A DNA stretch of 5,653 nucleotides from Candidatus Wukongarchaeum yapensis. Its GTDB lineage: Archaea; Asgardarchaeota; Wukongarchaeia; Wukongarchaeales; Wukongarchaeaceae. Of this stretch, positions 1 to 5,137 are shown piece by piece (the first letter of the stretch is position 1; each line of letters begins with the position of its first letter). A program made the position numbers and the translations under genes. The notes under the pieces are model-generated. The model was not told the DNA's origin and made no database searches. It saw only the letters and a program-made list of their open reading frames with translations. The stretch spans positions 1 through 5,653 of the forward strand of contig JAEOSI010000155.1 in the NCBI GenBank assembly GCA_016840425.1, read 5' to 3'.

Positions 1-241
1 CTGTTCCGTGGGGCACTGCTGTAAAAAGAAGGTCTATGGAATCCGCGATCTTGTTTGGTGAATATTTTTCGAAAGGCTCGTCAAAAAGATTTTTCAAGTT
101 CTTGTGGATCATGCTTACAGGTATTCCTTCCTCCGTACGGGAAAAAGCATGAATGGTTTCGACTGAGGGATGAATTTTTAAAATTCTTAAAAGTTCGCCA
201 CCAACATATCCTGTTGCGCCAATAATCCCTACACGAATCAA
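1..241 (-). CDS. argC: N-terminal 80 codons of a second ArgC/LysY-family reductase copy (runs off the window start; not in the ORF track)
   Basis: The reverse complement of 1-241 reads TTG ATT CGT GTA GGG ATT ATT GGC GCA ACA GGA TAT... = MIRVGIIGATGYVGGELLRILKIHPSVE...AVPHGT. It is open throughout and differs from 2715-2955 at 7 of 241 nt by manual alignment. Confidence 0.9.
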   Translation of the reverse strand, partial: MIRVGIIGATGYVGGELLRILKIHPSVETIHAFSRTEEGIPVSMIHKNLKNLFDEPFEKYSPNKIADSIDLLFTAVPHGT

Positions 242-367
242 TGAAAAACAACCTTAAAAACTATGAAAGTTCACAAGAAAATTATAATACGGATATTTTA
301 AAAAATTACTTATATTTTAATTAGTTTTCTTTTTTATGTTCTTTTTTGTGGTGGAGGATTTTTAATT
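242..367. promoter_or_regulatory. Divergent argC / Prx-like promoter region with TATA-like boxes and a GGAGG ribosome-binding site (353-357)
   Basis: Very AT-rich intergenic region between divergent starts (241 minus, 368 plus). It contains ATTATAAT and TTTTAAAA, and GGAGG lies 10 nt before TTG 368. Exact TSSs cannot be determined. Confidence 0.6.
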
Positions 368-802
368 TTGTTAAAAGTTGAGGATCTGGCGCCTGAATTC
401 AGACTCTTAAACAAAGATGAGAAAGAGGTAAAACTTAGTGATTTTAAAGGTAGAAGCGTGGTTTTATTTTTCCTCCATAGTGTTTTCTATCCCCGTTCTA
501 TTACTGAGATTCTAAGTTTTAAGGAAAAATTTGAGGATTTTAAGAAAAAGAACGTAGAAATAATAGGGATTAGCGCTGACACACCTCCCGAACTCAAAAA
601 GTTTTCAGAAGAACACAAAATACCTTTTGAACTATTATCAGACATCAGTGAAGAAGTTGGAAATATATATTGGGTTTATTCTCCGAAATTTGGGTTAAAA
701 AGAAGTACCTTTTTAATAGACGAACAGGGCTACATTACGAAAATTTTCTGGTTAGTTATAAGCCCAAAAAATCATGCTAAAGACTTACTAACATACTTTT
801 AA
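368..802 (+). CDS. Peroxiredoxin (BCP/AhpC-TSA)-like protein lacking all cysteines, copy A
   Basis: Hallmark fold motifs: LKVEDLAPEFRL, VKLSDFKG..VVLFF, EIIGISAD, F.LLSD, RSTFLIDEQG. The PxxxTxxC loop reads HSVFYPRS, and there is no Cys in the 144 aa. Confidence 0.85.
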   Translation: MLKVEDLAPEFRLLNKDEKEVKLSDFKGRSVVLFFLHSVFYPRSITEILSFKEKFEDFKKKNVEIIGISADTPPELKKFSEEHKIPFELLSDISEEVGNIYWVYSPKFGLKRSTFLIDEQGYITKIFWLVISPKNHAKDLLTYF

Positions 803-847
803 CTTATTCGGCGATAAGTTCCCTTGCGAAAGCTGGGAGTAGTTCAC
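803..847 (+). mobile_element. 45-bp minimal IS200/IS605 derivative: left end fused directly to the right-end tail
   Basis: 803-837 matches the left end of the 1855-2053 element (32/35 nt). 838-847 (AGTAGTTCAC) is identical to that element's right terminus. Contains the imperfect hairpin CCCTTGCGAAAGCTGGG. The left boundary (802/803) is inferred. Confidence 0.75.
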
Positions 848-886
848 TCATCCTCCCCCGTTCTCATTTTATTATCTTATTATCTT

Positions 887-1795
887 TCATAGTAAAAATG
901 GGCTAAAAACTACGGCTAAAAATACAACAATCATAGAACTTGAAAGGTTTACTATATCATTATTAAACCATTCTTTTCCCCGTATCAATATGGTTTTTTC
1001 GCCACAATGAACGCGTTTCTCGGTTTTTACTTTACACTTTTTACACTCATAATACCCTTGAATAATTGCCCCTAAAAAACTGTCAATCATCACGCCGAAA
1101 AACCCGATAATTATCACGATAAAAATGGAAAAAATAGCGTTTTCAGGAAAGGATACGGAGGAAGATCTTTTCACAAAAAAATCAACAAGGAAGTATGTCG
1201 AAAATATGAAAAGAGAGGCTGTAAAAGCTGCTATAGTTCCAAGAAGAGATATGCCGCCGCTTGTACCTTTTGAAACCTTTTTCTTCAGGTTAAGGATCCA
1301 CCTTGGGTCTTCTTTAGAAAAAACACCGATTTCTGTAGCCCAAGTATCGCCGGTAACAGTTGAAATAGTTGCCAAGTATCCTAGAACAAAACAGGAACTA
1401 TCTGTTACAAGGAAAAAAGCGGCCATAAGGGTTGCTGCAAAACCGTTTGCTATAACCTGATACTTATCGCGTTTACCCGTTTTCTCAAACTTTTCCGCTA
1501 CTTCTTTCTTCCTTTTTCCTCTCCACTTAGTTAAAGCAGACGAAGATATGAAAAAAGCAATCAAAAGAACCCAAAATACAAAAGCTGCAAGAAAAACGAT
1601 CAAAGAAACAAAAAACGCGACTATAATCGCTTCTTTTTCCAAGCATTCTTTCTTATAAGCAAAAAAACCTATAGGGGCATTCAAAAACGACCCTAAAAGG
1701 ATACCGTATTCAAAACTTCCAACCCAAAACTCCAAAGAAATGTCTCCAGAAAAATAATAATTGAAAAAGAAAAAGTACAAAATACGGGTATCCAC
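887..1795 (-). CDS. DUF92 / TMEM19-family integral membrane protein
   Basis: Family motifs: FFISSSALTK, GKRD..QV.ANG, TVTGDTWATEIG, GTSGGISLLGT, IDSFLGA..Q, N.IVN; multiple hydrophobic segments. The true start may be TTG at 1735, which has GGAGA 7 nt upstream, rather than GTG at 1795. Confidence 0.9.
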   Translation of the reverse strand: MDTRILYFFFFNYYFSGDISLEFWVGSFEYGILLGSFLNAPIGFFAYKKECLEKEAIIVAFFVSLIVFLAAFVFWVLLIAFFISSSALTKWRGKRKKEVAEKFEKTGKRDKYQVIANGFAATLMAAFFLVTDSSCFVLGYLATISTVTGDTWATEIGVFSKEDPRWILNLKKKVSKGTSGGISLLGTIAAFTASLFIFSTYFLVDFFVKRSSSVSFPENAIFSIFIVIIIGFFGVMIDSFLGAIIQGYYECKKCKVKTEKRVHCGEKTILIRGKEWFNNDIVNLSSSMIVVFLAVVFSPFLL

Positions 1796-1834
1796 ACAGT
1801 AATTTTAAAGATATTAATCTTCAAATAAGCTCTA

Positions 1835-1960
1835 AATCAAAGAAATAGGAGTAAGTGAACTACTTCCAGCCTTCGCAGGGAGCTTCCTATTTCAACGACG
1901 GGATCATCATTATTCAGCCATCTCCACAGGCGTAAATTCGGACAGTCCCTGTCCTACTCT
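1835..1960 (-). ncRNA. Putative TnpB omega/reRNA: ~105-nt scaffold plus ~20-nt flank-derived guide TTACTCCTATTTCTTTGATT
   Basis: TnpB reRNAs overlap the tnpB 3' end and right end, with the guide taken from the right flank (established). Seen here: stem GGACAG-GGA-CTGTCC (1954-1940), ACGCCTGTGGAG, TTGAAATAGGAAGC, a terminal hairpin and TCAC. The TSS and guide length are inferred. Confidence 0.6.
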
Positions 1961-2053
1961 TCTATAGTGTTATTCTTATGACTATAAATAGTTGATTATT
2001 ATTGTTCGGCTTTCATCGCCCAGCTTTCGCAAGGGGACTTCTCGCCGAAGAAG
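1855..2053 (-). mobile_element. 199-bp non-autonomous IS200/IS605 (tnpB-type) element, PATE-like
   Basis: On the minus strand: left-end hairpin CCCTTGCGAAAGCTGGG, with an outer TTCGGC/GCCGAA stem; a TnpB C-terminal remnant VGQGLSEFTPVEM (1957-1919); and right end GAAG-CTCCCTGCGAAGGCTGGAAG-TAGT-TCAC. GAAG/TCAC fits the IS608 guide/cleavage pairing pattern (GAAT/TCAA). No tnpA or tnpB ORF. Confidence 0.85.
1983..1990 (-). promoter_or_regulatory. TATA-like box (TATTTATA) upstream of the omegaRNA scaffold
   Basis: Matches the archaeal TTTA(A/T)A consensus and lies about 25-30 nt upstream of the first scaffold stem. Confidence 0.45.
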
Positions 2054-2512
2054 TTAAAAGTATGTTAGTAAGTCTTTAGCATGATTTTTTGGGCTTATAA
2101 CTAACCAGAAAATTTTCGTAATGTAGCCCTGTTCGTTTATTAAAAAGGTACTTCTTTTTAACCCAAATTTCGGAGAATAAACCCAATATATATTTCCAAC
2201 TTCTTCATTGATGTCTGATAATAGTTCAAAAGGTATTTTGTGTTCTTCTGAAAACTTTTTGAGTTCGGGAGGTGTATCAGCGCTAATCCCTATTATTTCT
2301 ACGTTCTTTTTCTTAAAATCCTCAAATTTTTCCTTAAAACTTAGAATCTCAGTAATAGAACGGGGATAGAAAACACTATGGAGGAAAAATAAAACCACGC
2401 TTCTACCTTTAAAATCACCAAGTTTTACCTCTTTCTCATCTTTGTTTAAGAGTCTGAATTCAGGCGCCAGATCCTCAACTTTTAACAAAGAACTCATTTC
2501 AAAACTCTCCAT
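2054..2512 (-). CDS. Cys-free peroxiredoxin-like protein, copy B, with a MITE-derived N-terminal extension
   Basis: 2054-2488 differs from copy A at 4 of 435 nt (S->G, S->N, D->N and one synonymous). Possible starts are ATG 2512, ATG 2497 (both inside the MITE) or the ancestral TTG 2488. Confidence 0.85.
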   Translation of the reverse strand: MESFEMSSLLKVEDLAPEFRLLNKDEKEVKLGDFKGRSVVLFFLHSVFYPRSITEILSFKEKFEDFKKKNVEIIGISADTPPELKKFSEEHKIPFELLSDINEEVGNIYWVYSPKFGLKRSTFLINEQGYITKIFWLVISPKNHAKDLLTYF

Positions 2513-2587
2513 AGGACGGGGGTTACATACTGGCTAAACTTTATAATAGTATGAAGGTTGTGCTTACAAAAGTTTTGAAATGACTTC
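2490..2587. mobile_element. ~98-bp MITE with 17-bp terminal inverted repeats and a 3-4 bp target duplication
   Basis: TIRs GAACTCATTTCAAAACT (2490-2506) and AGTTTTGAAATGACTTC (2571-2587), one mismatch. Arm A gives the empty site. The TSD is AAA (98-bp element) or CAAA (97-bp element, 2490-2586). No ORF; parent IS family not assignable. Confidence 0.85.
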
Positions 2588-2590
2588 AAA

Positions 2591-2714
2591 ATTAAAAATC
2601 CTCCACCACAAAAAAGAACATAAAAAGAAAACTAATTAAAATATAAGTAATTTTTTAAAATATCCGTATTATAATTTTCTTGTGAACTTTCATAGTTTTT
2701 AAGGTTGTTTTTCA
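2591..2714. promoter_or_regulatory. Arm B copy of the divergent promoter region
   Basis: Identical to the reverse complement of the arm A intergenic region except for a 1-nt indel in an A/T run. Confidence 0.6.
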
Positions 2715-3797
2715 TTGGTTCGTGTAGGGATTATTGGCGCAACAGGGTATGTTGGTGGCGAACTTTTAAGGATTTTAAAAATTCATCCCTCAGTCGAAAC
2801 CATTCACGCTTTTTCCCGTAAGGAGGAAGGAAGACCTGTAAGCATGATCCACAAGAACTTGAAAAATCTTTTTGACGAGCCTTTCGAAAAATATTCACCA
2901 AACAAGATCGCAGATTCCATAGACCTTCTTTTTACAGCAGTGCCCCACGGAACAGCCATGGAAATCGTTCCAGAAATCTTAGAGATGGGTATTAATGTTA
3001 TAGATATGAGCGCAGACTACCGCTTACCACCGGAAAAGTTTGAGGAATGGTACGGTATAAAGCACAAACCCCTCTCCTCAAAGTTTACCCCTGTCTACGG
3101 TCTTCCAGAAATATATAGGAAAGAGATAAAAAAAACTAAAACGGTAGCTGTACCCGGTTGTTATGCTACCGGAGCCATCCTTGCCACACTACCCCTTGTA
3201 AGAAATCACGCAGTTCACCCTCAAAAGATAGTGATCACAGCTATTTCAGGCACTTCAGGAGCAGGCTCAAGACCTTCCGAATTTCTCCACCACCCCGAAG
3301 TTTACAATAACGCAAAACCTTACAGTGTAATGTCCCACAGACACATACCAGAAATAGAAACCGTGCTAAGTGATGTCTCAAAGGAAGATGTGAAAATAGG
3401 ATTTGTACCTATATTAGTTCCCATGGTAAGGGGAATCTTAACGGTGGTTAATGTTTTTCCCTTAAAGGAACAAGAGGGAAACAGTTTCTTAGAAATGTAT
3501 CAAGACTATTACAGTCAGGAACCTTTTATTCGCCTCATAATCGAGGAAGAAAAAACGGTAGACGGATCAATGAAGAGGAAGGTTGGCGGCTTCCCCTACA
3601 CCGCAAACGTTATCGGTACAAACTTCTGCGACATATCTTTAAAAAATGATGAAAGAACAAGCCAAACAGCGGTCATATCCGCAATAGACAACCTAGTTAA
3701 AGGCGCAGCAGGTCAAGCGGTTCAATGCATGAACATCATGCTAAACATGAAAGAAACAGAAGGTCTTAACAAACTTGTAGGCGCCCACCCATGGTGA
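2715..3797 (+). CDS. argC: N-acetyl-gamma-glutamyl-phosphate reductase / LysY-type reductase (ArgC family)
   Basis: GATGYVGGEL Rossmann motif, AVPHG, IDMSADYRL, VYGLPE, catalytic PGCY, SGAG, HRH.PEI, RGIL, IDNLVKGAAGQAVQCMN. ArgC cannot be separated from LysW-dependent LysY by eye. Confidence 0.92.
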   Translation: MVRVGIIGATGYVGGELLRILKIHPSVETIHAFSRKEEGRPVSMIHKNLKNLFDEPFEKYSPNKIADSIDLLFTAVPHGTAMEIVPEILEMGINVIDMSADYRLPPEKFEEWYGIKHKPLSSKFTPVYGLPEIYRKEIKKTKTVAVPGCYATGAILATLPLVRNHAVHPQKIVITAISGTSGAGSRPSEFLHHPEVYNNAKPYSVMSHRHIPEIETVLSDVSKEDVKIGFVPILVPMVRGILTVVNVFPLKEQEGNSFLEMYQDYYSQEPFIRLIIEEEKTVDGSMKRKVGGFPYTANVIGTNFCDISLKNDERTSQTAVISAIDNLVKGAAGQAVQCMNIMLNMKETEGLNKLVGAHPW

Positions 3798-3842
3798 AAA
3801 CCCCAAAAAGTTTTCCCATATTTTACTATTTTCGAGGTATAA

Positions 3843-4205
3843 TTGATGGAGTTAGTGCACGAATCTGAGGTTGAAAAGGGCGGTAGGGTTTCAAAATGGC
3901 TTATCGTCCCAAAAGTTAGAACCTCTTCAAAAACTATTGAACTAGGCGTGGCCACATTAAAACCTGGCCAAGTTGAAGTCCTTCATAAACACGTTAAAAC
4001 CGAGGAAGCCTTCTACGTGATAAGCGGAACACCATCTTTTCAGGTGGATGATGAAGTGAAACAGCTTAAGGAGGGCACTGCCCTATACGTCCCTCCAAAC
4101 ACTCCTCACAGGATAGCAAACCACAGCGATAAAGAGTGCAAGATCATCGTGGTAAAAACGCCTTCTAATCCGGAAGATAAAATCATTCTCTCCGACAAAT
4201 CATAA
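3843..4205 (+). CDS. Cupin-domain (Cupin_2-like) protein
   Basis: Motif 1 PG....HKH...EEAFYVISG and motif 2 G...YVPPNTPHRI.N. GAGGT at 3834-3838 precedes TTG 3843 / ATG 3846. Probably co-transcribed with argC. Confidence 0.88.
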   Translation: MMELVHESEVEKGGRVSKWLIVPKVRTSSKTIELGVATLKPGQVEVLHKHVKTEEAFYVISGTPSFQVDDEVKQLKEGTALYVPPNTPHRIANHSDKECKIIVVKTPSNPEDKIILSDKS

Positions 4206-4249
4206 AAAAATCATTTTAAGTATAGCTCTTTGATTTTTTTTATTTTTTT
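4204..4249. terminator. Overlapping oligo-T tracts at the convergent cupin / methyltransferase junction
   Basis: T7 on the minus strand (4210-4204) directly follows the TGA at 4211. T8-A-T7 on the plus strand (4234-4249) lies ~30 nt after the cupin stop. No hairpin. Function inferred from archaeal termination rules. Confidence 0.4.
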
Positions 4250-5089
4250 AATTCCTCCAAGGTTTAGGATTTCTTTTAACTTATCAAGGTAGAATTTTTC
4301 GGTTTCTTCATCATACTCCACATTTCTACTTGCAGGGTTCCAGATCACTGTGTCTAAACCTTTTTCCATGCCTATTTTTAAGAACGCTTTTTGTAGGGGG
4401 ATTTTAATATCCCTACCTATATCTTCTTTAGAGGGTAGACCTTTCGTTAAATTTGTTAAACCTACCATTAGATGCATCCTGTTCATTTGCGGACTCTTTT
4501 TAATTTTCTCCATTGTTTCTAAAACCACATTAACCATTCCTTCTTCATCCACCGCTAAAGGGTATAAACCAAGGTCTGCGAAAAGTTCTTCGGGTTCAAA
4601 ACCGTATCTTACCGCTTTTATGAAGAGCCTTTTCGCCGTTTCATAAAGTTCCTCTGTGGATATATTAGGTTTAAGAGATCCGCCCTGAAACCTCTCCGAA
4701 ATAAGGAGCACAACACAACAATCTTTCCTTCTTTTAAGCGAAAAAACAGAAGAGGCTCTAACTTCAGTAGCGGAATTTAAAAGAGGAGGCATACCCCCTC
4801 CAATATCTAAATCATAAGCCTCCAAGCCAGCTTTTAACTTAAAAGGATCACCACTATCAATACACAAAGGCTTATCAACAACTTCCTGAACAGCCTTCAC
4901 AGCCTCCTCCATAACCTCTACAGGTAATAGTCCTACATTCACATTAATGTAGTCTGCCCCCTCTTCTGCCTGTTCTAAAGCAATCCTTTTAATCTCTTCA
5001 AAATCACGCTTTTCAAGGAGACCGCGAACAAATTTCGAAAAATAATTAATGCTTCCGCCGATAACAATCAAATTTTTCTTCAAAACCAT
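4211..5089 (-). CDS. Pterin-binding TIM-barrel protein, AcsE / MetH-folate-domain-like methyltransferase (dihydropteroate synthase-like fold)
   Basis: Matches the AcsE pattern: IGGSIN, A.EQ.EEGADYINVNVG, PLCIDS, LLNS, LFAD, MVGLTN, AFL...ME.GLD..I. GAGGA RBS lies 6 nt upstream of the ATG. Confidence 0.8.
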   Translation of the reverse strand: MVLKKNLIVIGGSINYFSKFVRGLLEKRDFEEIKRIALEQAEEGADYINVNVGLLPVEVMEEAVKAVQEVVDKPLCIDSGDPFKLKAGLEAYDLDIGGGMPPLLNSATEVRASSVFSLKRRKDCCVVLLISERFQGGSLKPNISTEELYETAKRLFIKAVRYGFEPEELFADLGLYPLAVDEEGMVNVVLETMEKIKKSPQMNRMHLMVGLTNLTKGLPSKEDIGRDIKIPLQKAFLKIGMEKGLDTVIWNPASRNVEYDEETEKFYLDKLKEILNLGGIKKIKKIKELYLK

Positions 5090-5137
5090 AAAAGAATCCT
5101 CTCTAAAAAACCAAAAAACACGCCTAAAACTGTTTTT

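Larger units (their letters stand above)
1..847. repeat. Inverted duplication arm A (argC 5' part, divergent promoter, Prx-like gene, mini-IS); extends beyond the window start
   Basis: Reverse complement of arm B: 1-370 pairs with 2955-2587, 368-837 with 2488-2019, and 838-847 with 1864-1855. Confidence 0.95.
1855..2955. repeat. Inverted duplication arm B (IS element, Prx-like gene, MITE, divergent promoter, argC 5' part)
   Basis: Reverse complement of arm A. Arm B has 101 extra bp at the Prx start and 154 extra bp inside the IS element. Confidence 0.95.

Noticed and set aside
268-274. AGTTCAC resembling a third IS right end (twin at 2682-2688)
   Set aside because: No upstream GAAG/hairpin structure; it is half of a promoter palindrome.
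496-510. Selenocysteine recoding as an explanation for the missing peroxidatic Cys
   Set aside because: The codon is TCT (Ser) in both copies, and the nearby TGA is out of frame.
869-884. TTATTATC tandem repeat x2 downstream of DUF92
   Set aside because: Two copies of an 8-mer in AT-rich DNA; most likely slippage, with no supportable function.
1125-1460. 111-aa plus-strand ORF
   Set aside because: Antisense shadow lying entirely within the well-supported DUF92 gene; no recognisable motif.
1855-1935. Short GTG-start plus-strand peptide (VNYFQPSQGASYF...) preceded by GGAG
   Set aside because: 26 codons antisense to the IS right end; no evidence of coding.
803-2053. CRISPR-like repeat-spacer interpretation of the two AGTAGTTCAC-ending units
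   Set aside because: Only two units, inverted and 1 kb apart, with IS200/IS605 end structure; no array and no cas genes.
3722-3955. 77-aa minus-strand ORF
   Set aside because: Antisense overlap of the argC end and cupin start; no motif.
4350-4646. 98-aa plus-strand ORF
   Set aside because: Antisense shadow of the AcsE-like gene.
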